Positions 19,291 to 28,681 of a stretch of 44,642 nt of DNA are shown here, piece by piece (positions within the stretch are counted from its first letter, which is position 1; every line of letters starts with the position of its first letter). The stretch spans positions 1 to 44,642 of IMG/VR virus record IMGVR_UViG_3300009095_000026, one strand, 5' to 3'. Origin of the DNA: a virus. Its lineage: Duplodnaviria > Caudoviricetes. The notes below the pieces were generated by a model, which was not told the DNA's origin, did no database searches, and saw nothing but the letters and a program-made list of their open reading frames with translations. Both the position numbers and the translations under genes were made by a program.

Positions 19291-19457
19291 ACGCAGCCGC
19301 CCTCGTGGGCCTCTCGCTGCAACTGCTGACGCAGCTGCAGACCTACCAACTCGCGATTGCCAAGGCGCAGGCCGAAGGTCGCGACGTGACCGACGAAGAG
19401 CTCGCTGCCGCCAAGGCCGAGGCGATGGCCGCCATCGACAGGCTGGCCGCAGGCTGA
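19287..19457 (+). CDS. small lysis-region protein
   Basis: MNAAALVGLSLQLL...; AAAGGA RBS; ATGA overlap. Confidence 0.65.
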   Translation: MNAAALVGLSLQLLTQLQTYQLAIAKAQAEGRDVTDEELAAAKAEAMAAIDRLAAG

Positions 19458-19475
19458 GCGCGCCTGCGCAGCGAC

Positions 19476-19499
19476 AAGGCCGCCTACGGGCGGCCTTTT
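19476..19499. terminator. terminator between convergent operons
   Basis: AAGGCCGCC-TACG-GGCGGCCTT-TT with cUACGg loop where the + and - operons meet. Confidence 0.75.
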
Positions 19500-19996
19500 C
19501 GTTCGTACAAGCCCTCGTCGTGCAACCAAGCGTTGATGCGCTTGGCGATGCGCCCGGCCGGGTAGCAGATCGCTTCCTCTTCCAGTTCACCGGCATCGCA
19601 CCACAGATCCTTGCGATGCCGGCGAGCGTAGGCGAACGCCGCGTGCACAGACTCGTGCGTCACGATCTCCATGTTGAGGTGGCCCAGCACCAAGCCCATG
19701 ATCGCGAAGTACCGCGGATCACACACCAGCGTTGAACGCTCGCGGCCGCCTGCAATGTCAATCCGCTCGTAGCCGAGCCCGTTGACGGCGCCGAGACACT
19801 TCGGCCCGAGGGTGTCGCGCCCGAGCACGTGCTTCCAGAAGTGGCGCAGATCGGCTTGGCGTTCAAACACGACGGCCTTCAGACGCAGCCGCGCGCCGTG
19901 CGTCACATAGATGTCTGCCGCCGAGACGATACCCCGAGCCTTGGGGTGCGTGCTGATCCGGCGCGGCAGCCCCGGCTTGACGTGCTCAACCCGCAT
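19484..19996 (-). CDS. hypothetical protein with HExxH motif
   Basis: EIVTHESVHAA...EEEAICY; start taken at MRVEHV. Confidence 0.6.
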   Translation of the reverse strand: MRVEHVKPGLPRRISTHPKARGIVSAADIYVTHGARLRLKAVVFERQADLRHFWKHVLGRDTLGPKCLGAVNGLGYERIDIAGGRERSTLVCDPRYFAIMGLVLGHLNMEIVTHESVHAAFAYARRHRKDLWCDAGELEEEAICYPAGRIAKRINAWLHDEGLYERKGRP

Positions 19997-20675
19997 GCTT
20001 GAGCCACAGATCATCGTGCTCCGCACCGGGCCAGCCCTCATTGAAAGGCCCGCCGTTGGTGAAGTGCGCGATGCCGAGGTTGTCGGGCCGTGGCTGCTCG
20101 TTCACAAGCCAGTTCCAGGCCGGGTCGAGTGCGCCGATCTCTTCGTCGTGCAGCCAGTAGAAGCCGTGGAGCTCCTGCCGGGTGCGGTGGTTCACGTCCC
20201 ACAGCGACAGGCGCCGGTTGGCCGGGTGATCGCAGTTGAACAGCATCACGCTTGACCAGTTCTTGCGCGGGTATTCGTTCTGGTACTGCTCCATCATCTT
20301 CACGGCCCGAGTCGGCTCGTGCTCGTGCTTGACCACACTGAGCGGCAGACGCGACGGCACCTCGCGCAGCATCTCGCGCGGATCGCGCACGAATACGGTG
20401 TCTGAGTCCACGAACAGCGCGAAGCCTTCTTGGCATAGGATCGGCGTCAGGAACCTGCTGATGTTGAACCGCGTGCTGTAGTGCGCGTTGCTGACGAGGT
20501 CGTACTCCTGCAGCGTGCGCTGGTCAACGGGCCGGGTCAGCAGACCACGCGACCGCAGGCTGGCGAGGCTCAGGAACTCGGGCTCGACCTCGCCGCGGGT
20601 GATGTCGATCAGAGACTTGAGGCACGCGGCCGCCGCCTTGTGCTCACGCTCGTCGTAGCCGATGTAGACCTTCAC
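19986..20675 (-). CDS. glycosyltransferase, GT8-like
   Basis: VYIGYD.RE, STRF..SRFL.P, ALFVDSD, YPRKNWSSVMLFNC, WNWLV, HFT.GGP. Confidence 0.85.
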   Translation of the reverse strand: MKVYIGYDEREHKAAAACLKSLIDITRGEVEPEFLSLASLRSRGLLTRPVDQRTLQEYDLVSNAHYSTRFNISRFLTPILCQEGFALFVDSDTVFVRDPREMLREVPSRLPLSVVKHEHEPTRAVKMMEQYQNEYPRKNWSSVMLFNCDHPANRRLSLWDVNHRTRQELHGFYWLHDEEIGALDPAWNWLVNEQPRPDNLGIAHFTNGGPFNEGWPGAEHDDLWLKHAG

Positions 20676-21334
20676 TTGGCCACCATGATGTAGTCGCCAC
20701 CGATCTCCTGCTCAACGCCGTAGCCCAGCGTCTGCAAGAACTTGACGGCGCCCAACGGCGCAAGGCCGAAACGGGTGCTGGCCATGTCGCGCTTCTGCTC
20801 GACGCACACCACCGGCTTCCACGTCTTGAGCAGGTGCTCGGCGCCGCGCAGCACGTTCTCTTCGTACCCCTCGCAGTCGATCTTGATGAAGTCGACATGC
20901 GCCAGGGTGAACGTATCGAGCGTCTTCAGCGGAATCTCGCCGCCTCCGTTGACATAGGAGTCGCCGCTGCTGGTGGGCGCCGTGTAGATGCTGACGCTGC
21001 CCTCTTCCTTGCCCAGCGCACACGGGATCAGTTCGACGTTGCGCGCTTCGACGTTGCGGGCGAAGCACTCACGATGCGCCGCCACCGGTTCGAAGGCGAG
21101 GACGTGCTCAAACGCCGCAGCCAGGTTGAACGACCACAAGCCGACATGCCCCCCAACATCAACAGCCATCCGCGCGGTGCCCTTGTACTTCTTCACCGTG
21201 TTGATGCACGCGAGCTGCTTCTTGCCCTGATAGGACGGGCGGCCGTTGAGGATGATGCGGTTCTTGGCGTTGGCCATCCACTCCGGCAGGTGCTTCTCGC
21301 CGTCCGGGAACCACCAGCTATCGACCTTCTTCAT
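20672..21334 (-). CDS. FkbM-family methyltransferase
   Basis: VDVGGHVGLWS, AFEP, VDFIKIDCEGYEENVLRGA, KPVVCVE. Confidence 0.9.
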   Translation of the reverse strand: MKKVDSWWFPDGEKHLPEWMANAKNRIILNGRPSYQGKKQLACINTVKKYKGTARMAVDVGGHVGLWSFNLAAAFEHVLAFEPVAAHRECFARNVEARNVELIPCALGKEEGSVSIYTAPTSSGDSYVNGGGEIPLKTLDTFTLAHVDFIKIDCEGYEENVLRGAEHLLKTWKPVVCVEQKRDMASTRFGLAPLGAVKFLQTLGYGVEQEIGGDYIMVAK

Positions 21335-22091
21335 TGCGCAGAATCTCCATCAGGTTGTCGGTCACCTCTTTGACCGGGATCATCTCCATCGACCTTCGGC
21401 AGCTGGCGCAGTTGATGCGCATGCCGCAAGTCTTGGAGGCGTGGCGGATGTTGCGATGCGTGGCGTAGCCGGTGATGCTTGGGTCGATGAACTCCGACCA
21501 CAGCACCACGGCGGGCACGCCGACCGCTGCGGCGCCGTGCATCAGGCCGCCTTCCGTCGTGACGAGCGCGCGGCACGCCGAGAGCACCGCGAGCGCGTGC
21601 CGGAAGGTGGGCGTCTCGACGAACTCCACATCGGGCAGCCGCTTCGTGCTGGCCGGGCCGCACTGCAAGAGCCGCAGGCCCCGCACGTACTGCGGTGCCC
21701 AGGCGACGAACTGCGTCCAGCTGTGCCATGGCCACGCCTTGTTGGAGTGGCCGGTGGCCTTGACGTTGGGCTCGACCAGCACCGCGCCACGGTATGGCTC
21801 GGCGAACGCCAGTTCCTCGGGCGTGAAGAACATCTCGGCGGGCTTGGGCTTGTACGGCTTCCACGTCCACCGTCCTGCGCTCTTGGCCGCGATGTAGGGC
21901 CGGTGGCCGGAGGAACTGATCACCCGCACGAACGGGCGGCCGTCAGGCTTGCGCAGGATGTAGGGGTTGTTGGCGAACACCTCGGACCACTGGGGCTTGC
22001 CCGCCGGGTCGGTGATCAGCACAGGGCGGCCGGTAGCAGCGTGCGCCGCCTTGGCCTCGCCGGCCGCCATGAGCCAATCACCGTAGCCCAT
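21318..22091 (-). CDS. glycosyltransferase family 9-like (heptosyltransferase-like)
   Basis: MGYGDWLM, VFANNPYI, LVTTEGGLMHGAAAVGVPAVVLW; TGATG coupling. Confidence 0.8.
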   Translation of the reverse strand: MGYGDWLMAAGEAKAAHAATGRPVLITDPAGKPQWSEVFANNPYILRKPDGRPFVRVISSSGHRPYIAAKSAGRWTWKPYKPKPAEMFFTPEELAFAEPYRGAVLVEPNVKATGHSNKAWPWHSWTQFVAWAPQYVRGLRLLQCGPASTKRLPDVEFVETPTFRHALAVLSACRALVTTEGGLMHGAAAVGVPAVVLWSEFIDPSITGYATHRNIRHASKTCGMRINCASCRRSMEMIPVKEVTDNLMEILRNEEGR

Positions 22092-22606
22092 CAGGGCGTC
22101 TCCGTCAGTTCGAAGCGGATGTTGGTCGCGTCGGCCCACGTCTGGAACTTGCGACGCCACCACTCGTACGGCTGCACCGTGACGTGCATGTTCGTGCCGT
22201 CCGGGAAGGTCTTCTTGGCCGGTCGGCAGCACACCGAGGCCCAGACCGCGTAGCGGGCGTAGCTGAAGAGCCGCGCGATCACTTCGTCGACCTGGTCTTC
22301 GGGCACGTGCTCCAGCACATCGCTGCACAGCACGAGGTCGAACTTGCCGGTCGGCAGCACGTCGTCGCGGCGGAAGGCCGGATCGTAGAGCGTGACATCG
22401 GCGCGGGCGATGCCCAGCTGATGGTGCAGCTTGTGCGGGCTGCGGTAGGCGTCGCCGCGGCCGCAGCCGTAGTCGAGCATGCTCTTCGCGCGCACCTCGC
22501 GCGCCAGCTTCTGGATGCGTTCCTTGTGCTGAAGGATCGACAGTCCCTGGAAGTTGTTGCTGTCCTTGGCCGCGAGTTCGCGGTAGAGAGGGATCAGGTC
22601 AGGCAT
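22091..22606 (-). CDS. class I SAM-dependent methyltransferase
   Basis: SMLDYGCGRG, LYDPA, FDLVLCSDVLEHVPE, HVTVQP.EWW. Confidence 0.88.
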   Translation of the reverse strand: MPDLIPLYRELAAKDSNNFQGLSILQHKERIQKLAREVRAKSMLDYGCGRGDAYRSPHKLHHQLGIARADVTLYDPAFRRDDVLPTGKFDLVLCSDVLEHVPEDQVDEVIARLFSYARYAVWASVCCRPAKKTFPDGTNMHVTVQPYEWWRRKFQTWADATNIRFELTETP

Positions 22607-23171
22607 TCTTGTTCCTGCGGTAGTACCCTACATATTCGCCGAAGGCGCCATCGTAGCCGGCGTGCTCGACGTACCAGCCGCCGTTCTTCATCACGGTGCC
22701 GATGTGGTGCGGTTCGTTGCCTGAGCGCTCGTCGATGATCGTCGGCGCGTGCTGCGGGGGCAGGCGCAGGACGACGAGCTCACGCGCCGAGGCGGCCAGG
22801 CGCGCCGCCACCGCCGTGGGGTTGCGAACCTTCTGGAGTAGTGCCAGCGCGATCACGATGTCGTAGTTGCGCTTGGGCTGCCACACGTTGGCGTCGCCGA
22901 CTTCAAACGTCACCGGCAGATCGCCACGCAGCTTGTTGGCCACCTCGACGTGCCCCGGCACGATCTCGACGCCGTGCACCGCCAGCGCGCCGGCCTTGGC
23001 CAGTTCAATGCTGATCAGCCCTTCAGCACACCCGAGGTCAAGGATTGTCTTTCCGTGCGCGGCCATGAACAGCCGATCCAGGCCATTGAGTTGCTGCTCC
23101 AGCGTCCGATCGCCCGGCCGCCCCGGAGTGGAGAACCACCCCTTCTTCACGTCTTTTCCAGCCATCGCCAT
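22599..23171 (-). CDS. class I SAM-dependent methyltransferase
   Basis: GKTILDLGCAEGLIS, VHGVE, YDIVIALALL. Confidence 0.85.
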   Translation of the reverse strand: MAMAGKDVKKGWFSTPGRPGDRTLEQQLNGLDRLFMAAHGKTILDLGCAEGLISIELAKAGALAVHGVEIVPGHVEVANKLRGDLPVTFEVGDANVWQPKRNYDIVIALALLQKVRNPTAVAARLAASARELVVLRLPPQHAPTIIDERSGNEPHHIGTVMKNGGWYVEHAGYDGAFGEYVGYYRRNKNA

Positions 23172-23917
23172 GCAGTCCCGTTTCTGAATTCTTCCAAGGT
23201 GAACTGGTTGTCGGCCAGGATCTCGCAGAACCTGAGCCGCAGCGGGTCGTCCGGGGTCGGCGGCCGGAAGATTGCTTCCGAGGTCAACGGCCCGGTGAGA
23301 TGGTACGCCGCTGCGGTCTGTCCGGTGCTGACTGAGGGCACGCCCTCGATCATCGCCGTGATGCTGGCCGAACTGCTGTGTGAGATCAGCAGGCGCACGT
23401 TCGGCAGCAGACTCTCCAGCGTAACGGCCGCGGCCTTCTTGTCGCGGTTCCACGGTCGCACCTTCACCGGGATGTCGGTGCCGGTGATGTTCTCCTGCGT
23501 CTGCTTGAGCCAGTCAAGAGTGCTCGCGGTCCAGTTGTACACCGGCCCGTTGCCGAGCGTCGACTTCATGAAGTCGTCGGACTGCGGGCACAGCAGGATA
23601 TAGCCGTCCGGGTTAATTCGCCACGGCTGGATCGTGATGCCCAGCTTCGCGAAGCGCTCGCCGGTGCTGGTCTTGCCGCGTGGGTCGACTTGCAGCGCGT
23701 TCTTAGTGACGCGGAAGTAGATGCCGCGGTGCTTGTCAAAGTAGGAGTTGTCGCAATAGAACCACGTGCCTTGCTGCGCGCGGCGGAAGTTCTGCATCTG
23801 GCCTTCGGTGCCGAAGAAGACGGCGCCGGTGGCGTGCTTGGGCGCGCCGGCGGCGAAGGCGTTGCAGATCAGCTTGCTCTTCTCTTTGCCGGGCACGGGG
23901 TAGAGGGTCAAACCCAT
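23147..23917 (-). CDS. GT-B glycosyltransferase-like (capsule synthesis KpsC/KpsS-like)
   Basis: YCDNSYF, ILLCPQS, VKVRP, LISHSSSASITAMIEGVP. Confidence 0.65.
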   Translation of the reverse strand: MGLTLYPVPGKEKSKLICNAFAAGAPKHATGAVFFGTEGQMQNFRRAQQGTWFYCDNSYFDKHRGIYFRVTKNALQVDPRGKTSTGERFAKLGITIQPWRINPDGYILLCPQSDDFMKSTLGNGPVYNWTASTLDWLKQTQENITGTDIPVKVRPWNRDKKAAAVTLESLLPNVRLLISHSSSASITAMIEGVPSVSTGQTAAAYHLTGPLTSEAIFRPPTPDDPLRLRFCEILADNQFTLEEFRNGTAWRWLEKT

Positions 23918-24687
23918 CGCGGACTCTCTTTCAGCTTGGCCAGAATGCGAGCGAACGGCTCGCCCGTCGCGATCTCGTCGAAGTGCCACTGGTTGTGCGC
24001 CATGCGCTCCAGCGCCGCCTCGCGATTGTCGACCCACTTCTCGCAGATCCAGTGCGGCGCGAAGTGCTGCACCGGGATGCCTTCGACGAGAGCGCGCACG
24101 CCGATCGCGCTGCTCCAGATCACGACGCTGCGCGCGCCGGCCAGGGCCTGGGCATCCTTGTCGAGTTTGCCCTTGTCGCCGGGGTGCGCCATCAGCTTGA
24201 CCGGAAACGGGGCGTGCCGGCGCAGGTTCGCCTCCATGCGCTTGCCCCAGTTGGGCGGGCTGGCCATCAGCGTCGAGCCGATGCCGCGCTGATCGCGCAC
24301 GAGGATGTACTGACCGCCGTCGCGCATCGGCTTGGCTGTCCAGCCCAGCTTGTCGAAGCGCTTGTCGTCGCCGACCGGAAACCAGCCCGAGCCGTTGTGG
24401 CCATGCACGCTGACCGCGTAGTAGGTCTTGTCGACCTTCTGCAAGTAGCCGTTCTCCAGCACGATCACGGTGCCGCCCTTGCGCTCCCACGCATCGGCGC
24501 CTTGCTCGTCGATGCCGCGCTTGCGGTTCCAGATCACGAGCAGATCTTCGGGGCCGTGAGGGCTGAAGCGGTTGTTCGGGTAGGGCGACGAGTAGAGCTT
24601 GTAGCCCAGCCGCGCGAGGCCGTTGCTGATCGCCTGCGCGCGGTAGGCAGGCTCGGGCCGGATGCAGAAGACCGCGATGCGGCTCAT
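23908..24687 (-). CDS. GT-B glycosyltransferase-like, paralogue of the next gene
   Basis: IVLENGYL, ILVRDQ, AHP, VVIWSSAIGVRALVEGIPV, QWHFDEIATG. Confidence 0.65.
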   Translation of the reverse strand: MSRIAVFCIRPEPAYRAQAISNGLARLGYKLYSSPYPNNRFSPHGPEDLLVIWNRKRGIDEQGADAWERKGGTVIVLENGYLQKVDKTYYAVSVHGHNGSGWFPVGDDKRFDKLGWTAKPMRDGGQYILVRDQRGIGSTLMASPPNWGKRMEANLRRHAPFPVKLMAHPGDKGKLDKDAQALAGARSVVIWSSAIGVRALVEGIPVQHFAPHWICEKWVDNREAALERMAHNQWHFDEIATGEPFARILAKLKESPRWV

Positions 24688-25298
24688 CGCGCGAGCTCCT
24701 GTTCCAGATCGCCCATCGGGAAGTGCGTGAGCGCCGAGCCAGGCGTGCAGTTCACGACCGTCACGCCAGCGGCCTTCAGATCGGCGGCGAGCACGCCCAT
24801 CTTCTTGCGCCACTCTTCGAACTGCTGGGCCTGCACGAGCGGCTTCGGATGGTCCGGGTGCCAGTGCTTCTCGCCGTTCGCGCCCGGCTTCATGTCCATG
24901 CCGATCAGCAGGATGCGCCGCACACCGAAGTGGTAGGCGAGGTTGATCGCACCGGCGCCGCTGTTGCCGTTCACGCGCAAGCCGATCTTGCCCAAGCCGT
25001 CCTTGGCCTCCCAGCGGATGTGGCCGAGGCAGAACTGCTCGGCCGCGCCGCGGTCCTGCGTCCACAGCTTCTCGCGGCCGATGTTCTGCTTGACCTTCAT
25101 GTGGTTCGTCTTCCACCAAAGGTAGTCGCAGGCGTAGACGGCGTCGGGGTGTGCGAGCTTGAGGTAGCTGCTGTTCACCGCAATCGTCTTCACGTTCGCG
25201 TGCTCAACGTGCACGATCTGCTCGTCGGTGAGGCTCGGGCCGCTGGCGACGACCACTGCGGTGTGGCCGCGCCAGTCGGGCTTCAGGGGAGGCGTCAC
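24684..25298 (-). CDS. Maf/DUF115-like glycosyltransferase
   Basis: AVVVASGPSL, TIAVN, D.LWW, NSGAGAINLAYHFG.RRILLIGMDM, VVNCT..SAL..FP. Confidence 0.75.
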   Translation of the reverse strand: MTPPLKPDWRGHTAVVVASGPSLTDEQIVHVEHANVKTIAVNSSYLKLAHPDAVYACDYLWWKTNHMKVKQNIGREKLWTQDRGAAEQFCLGHIRWEAKDGLGKIGLRVNGNSGAGAINLAYHFGVRRILLIGMDMKPGANGEKHWHPDHPKPLVQAQQFEEWRKKMGVLAADLKAAGVTVVNCTPGSALTHFPMGDLEQELAR

Positions 25299-25660
25299 TT
25301 GATGTCGCAGAGCCGTTGCAGTTCGGCGTCGTAGAACCGCGACAGCGCTTCGTACTCTTCCGGCACCAACACGCCCTTGTGATAGGGGAACGTCAAGCGG
25401 CTGGCGGTCTCGTTGAGCATGGTCATCAGGTCGTACTCGCGCGGGAAATCGGCCTGCATCTCCGGCGGTGTGTGGTCGAAGTCTTCGAACGCCGTGATCT
25501 TCTGCTTGTCTTCGATGGCCTTGACCATCTCAATTTCCATCTGGCGATACTTGCGTTCGGGCACGCCCAGTGGAAAACGGCGCTTCAGGTGAATGGTGCG
25601 GTCCTGCGGTTCCGGCTCGGGCGGCAGGAAGGCTTGGCAGCCGAGAAGATGGTCACGCAT
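25295..25660 (-). CDS. hypothetical protein
   Basis: AGGAG RBS before MRDHLL; coupled to neighbours. Confidence 0.6.
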   Translation of the reverse strand: MRDHLLGCQAFLPPEPEPQDRTIHLKRRFPLGVPERKYRQMEIEMVKAIEDKQKITAFEDFDHTPPEMQADFPREYDLMTMLNETASRLTFPYHKGVLVPEEYEALSRFYDAELQRLCDIK

Positions 25661-25859
25661 GGCGGCTCTCCTGTTTGGGTGACGCAGGCAGTGTAGCAGA
25701 CGCTCCATTTTTGGCAACCTCTGCCCGCCACCCGGCAAGCAAACCTTTGGCGGTCTGCCGAAGTTCGTCGTTTTCCTGCTGGAGCTGAGCGAGCTTGGCA
25801 GTGGCTTCTTCGGCAAACTTGACCAAGCTCTCTTTAGACCACAAGTGAAATTCAGCCAT
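25653..25859 (-). CDS. small coiled-coil protein
   Basis: MAEFHLWSKESLVKFAEEA; GGAG RBS. Confidence 0.6.
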   Translation of the reverse strand: MAEFHLWSKESLVKFAEEATAKLAQLQQENDELRQTAKGLLAGWRAEVAKNGASATLPASPKQESRHA

Positions 25860-27288
25860 GGGTGATGTTCTCCGGTTTGAGAGCCAGAGCGTCCATGGTG
25901 GCGTCAAGCACGCCACGCTTCTCGACGAGCCGCTCGGCTACCGTCTCGTCGATGGTATTGCGCGCGATGATCTGATAGACCAGCACCTCGCGGTCGAAGC
26001 CCGCCTGCATCTGCCGCATCGGGCCGACGCGCTCGATGATCTGGTCGTTCGGGTCGAGGTCAAACGTGAGCGCGAAGAAGACGATGATGTGGCACACGTT
26101 CTGGAAGCCGTCGACCCCGTGGCCGATGCTCTGCGGATGCACGAAAGCCAGCGGGATCTCGCCGCGCTTGAACGCATCCTCGTCGGCCTTGGTGCTGATG
26201 TGCCGACCGTCGGGGAAGCGCTTCTTCAGCCGCGCCAGGTCGGGCTTGAAGTGGTAGGCGACGAGGATCGGCTCGCCGTCGTTCTCTTCGATGATCGACT
26301 CCAGCGCGTCGAGCTTCTCTTCGTGCGCCTCGACCCAGTGCGACACGTCGCGTTCGATCTGCTCGTCGGAGCCGGTGTAGATCGCGCCGTTGGCCAGCTG
26401 CTGGCACTTGATGATCTTGGCCGCCGCGGCAAAGGCTTCGATGTCGTGGCCCTGAATCTGCGTGAGCATGTCCCGCTCCATCTCGCGGTACTTCTTGCGA
26501 GCCTCGGGCGGCAGATCGACGTACACCGGCACGACGATCGGATCCTTGATGTCGAACCAGTCCTTCGGGTTGAGCGCGAGCGTCACGTCCTTCATGAGCG
26601 TGGTGATCTCGTTGAAGGCGTGCGGAAACGCGATGCGCGAGATCCGGGTCTTGTGCGCGTTGACCGCGTCCTTGGCCCGCTTGTAGCCGAACCAGCGCGA
26701 TTCAAACGAGTCGTAGGAACGGCCGAGCCGCTGGCCGCGGTCGATGAACCACATCGGCGCCCAGAGGTTGCTGAGACCGTTCGGCGCGATGGTGCCGGAA
26801 AGGTTGATCCAGCGACGCACCTTGGTGTGTGCAACCGAGGCCAAGGCCTGGGCGCGCTTGCCGCCCTGCAGCAGCCGGAAGCTGCGCAGCTTGCTCGCCT
26901 CGTCGGCCGTCACCGTGTCAAACGGCCACGCCTCGCCGAGATGCTCAACCAGCCACGGCAGGTTCTCGTAGTTGATTGTGTAGATGTCGGCCTTGTCGTT
27001 GCGCAGCGCCGCGATGCGCTGATCCTTGGTGCCGGTGATCGGTTGCACCTTGAGGTGCGCGAACTCGTGCCACTTGACCGGTTCCTCCGGCCAGGTGGAA
27101 CGCGCCACGCGCAGCGGCGCCGTCACTAGGTGCTTGCCGACTTCGCCCAGCAACCGCAGCCGGTCGTGGATCTCCAGCACGGCCGGGGTTTTTCCCATGC
27201 CCATACGCGCCAACAGGTTGCAGCGCTTGTGCTCGACGCCGAAGTCGATGAGGGGCGGCTGCCACGGCCGCCAGTTGAGAGTCTTCAC
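25852..27288 (-). CDS. SNF2-like helicase
   Basis: MGMGKT, APLRVA, INYEN, DEAS, LSGT, HPQSIGHG, QIIERV motifs. Confidence 0.92.
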   Translation of the reverse strand: MKTLNWRPWQPPLIDFGVEHKRCNLLARMGMGKTPAVLEIHDRLRLLGEVGKHLVTAPLRVARSTWPEEPVKWHEFAHLKVQPITGTKDQRIAALRNDKADIYTINYENLPWLVEHLGEAWPFDTVTADEASKLRSFRLLQGGKRAQALASVAHTKVRRWINLSGTIAPNGLSNLWAPMWFIDRGQRLGRSYDSFESRWFGYKRAKDAVNAHKTRISRIAFPHAFNEITTLMKDVTLALNPKDWFDIKDPIVVPVYVDLPPEARKKYREMERDMLTQIQGHDIEAFAAAAKIIKCQQLANGAIYTGSDEQIERDVSHWVEAHEEKLDALESIIEENDGEPILVAYHFKPDLARLKKRFPDGRHISTKADEDAFKRGEIPLAFVHPQSIGHGVDGFQNVCHIIVFFALTFDLDPNDQIIERVGPMRQMQAGFDREVLVYQIIARNTIDETVAERLVEKRGVLDATMDALALKPENITHG

Positions 27289-27494
27289 GGGTACTTGCGA
27301 CGGATGTCTGCCGCGAGCTCCGGAAGAGCGTCTTGGCAGGCATCGGCGTAGGCACGCAACGCCACCCTGGCAAAAGGGTCGTGCGTCAGATCCAGCGTGA
27401 AGTATTCAGCGCCCTCGCGATCGCCCCCAGGAGCATCGCGTCCGTCCTTGCGCGACACGTTGAACTTTTGATAGAGACCTCGGTTTTCAGGCAT
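27285..27494 (-). CDS. conserved small phage protein
   Basis: GLYQKFNV.RKDG...YF.LDL..DPFA..AL.AYA pattern. Confidence 0.65.
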   Translation of the reverse strand: MPENRGLYQKFNVSRKDGRDAPGGDREGAEYFTLDLTHDPFARVALRAYADACQDALPELAADIRRKYP

Positions 27495-27945
27495 GGTGCA
27501 TCCTTTTGATCAGCCAGAAGTACACGACGAAAGCGGCGAGCATCTTGCTGGCTGTCATCAAGACAACGCCGCCGACAGAGAAGAATCCGATCAATCCAAG
27601 AAACACCGCAGAGTCAACCGGTGTACCGAGAGCGCTTGACAGAAGAACTCGTTGCGCGAGAGGCCGCTTGCTGAAGGTGTAGACCGCCCAGTCAACGAGT
27701 TCACTGACGAGGTACGCCGCGCAGCTGGCAACAGCCACCGCTGGAGACGCCATGAGATATGAGATTGCTGCGCCGATGAGCATGATGAACAGCACCTTAT
27801 GTCCTACTTCGCGTTGCGCAAAATCACGCAGCACAAAGACAAGCCCGACCGCAAGCGACATCGGGGGCCACCCATGGATAAGAGGAACATGGACGAAACC
27901 GACGTTGATCAGCACGATGGAAACAAGATAAAGAACGGAGTACAT
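27487..27945 (-). CDS. VUT/YhhQ-family preQ0/preQ1 transporter
   Basis: Multi-TM protein; GLVFVLRDFAQ, AS..AYLVSELVDWAVYT, SS....PVDS.VFL. Confidence 0.85.
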   Translation of the reverse strand: MYSVLYLVSIVLINVGFVHVPLIHGWPPMSLAVGLVFVLRDFAQREVGHKVLFIMLIGAAISYLMASPAVAVASCAAYLVSELVDWAVYTFSKRPLAQRVLLSSALGTPVDSAVFLGLIGFFSVGGVVLMTASKMLAAFVVYFWLIKRMHHA

Positions 27946-27955
27946 GAAATATCTT

Positions 27956-28681
27956 TCAGTAAAGAGGTTCGTCAAACAATCCTGTGACCTTGGCGGTCCA
28001 CGCTTTGGCTTCTCTCCAGCTGTTGGCATCCCGGCCTTGCTTGCGCGCGGCGTAGGACCAGGCCATAGAGTCTGCAGTGTGCAAGAGTTCTCGCACCAGA
28101 GGCGACCGCAGCGCGGTCATCTTCAAACCGAAACCGTGCAAGCGCAGATCAGGCCTTTCCCGCTTGATGGCAAGAAGTACAGCTTCGATTGCTTTCGGGT
28201 CACCATTTCGCTTGCAGACCGAACCGACCCCAACCCACGCGCCGTGGCCTAGCCGATCGCCGTATTGCCGCAGATGAGAGACGTACTCTTCGGGTGCGTA
28301 GCCTTGCAACACCGGCATGATGTACGTCTTCCCCGCGTCCCACACCAGCGTCAGTTCGTCGTAGCGTTCAATCGTCAGGCGCTGGTGCTCTGCAATCGTG
28401 AGCCCTGTCTTCTTGAGCATTGCTGGCTCACACATCCAGTCTTGAGACACCGCGGCGAGCAAGTTACCGTTGTTCTCCCACCGTTTGATCTGCTCGGCGT
28501 ACACCTTTGGGCTGTCGGGGTAGTGCCCATGCTTGTAGATGGTAGTGAAAGCGCCGCTGTCCATGATCCAGTTGTTTACAGGAAAGTTGGACTTGCGGTC
28601 CCGAATGGTGTTGATCGAGATGAAAGCGGCGTCAAAGTGCTGAGCGTCCGCCGGATGATGCAGTCCGGTGAAGAACTTCAC
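27956..28681 (-). CDS. DpdA/TGT-like transglycosylase
   Basis: MDSGAF, QDWMCEP, PVLQG, GVGSVCKR, LHGFG, DSMAWSYAAR; adjacent to the VUT transporter; GTGA overlap start. Confidence 0.75.
   Translation of the reverse strand: MKFFTGLHHPADAQHFDAAFISINTIRDRKSNFPVNNWIMDSGAFTTIYKHGHYPDSPKVYAEQIKRWENNGNLLAAVSQDWMCEPAMLKKTGLTIAEHQRLTIERYDELTLVWDAGKTYIMPVLQGYAPEEYVSHLRQYGDRLGHGAWVGVGSVCKRNGDPKAIEAVLLAIKRERPDLRLHGFGLKMTALRSPLVRELLHTADSMAWSYAARKQGRDANSWREAKAWTAKVTGLFDEPLY

Noticed and set aside
21318-25119. Long N-terminal extensions in the ORF track (to 22328, 23453, 24490, 25119)
   Set aside because: They overlap upstream genes in other frames; internal starts give clean translational coupling and intact domains.
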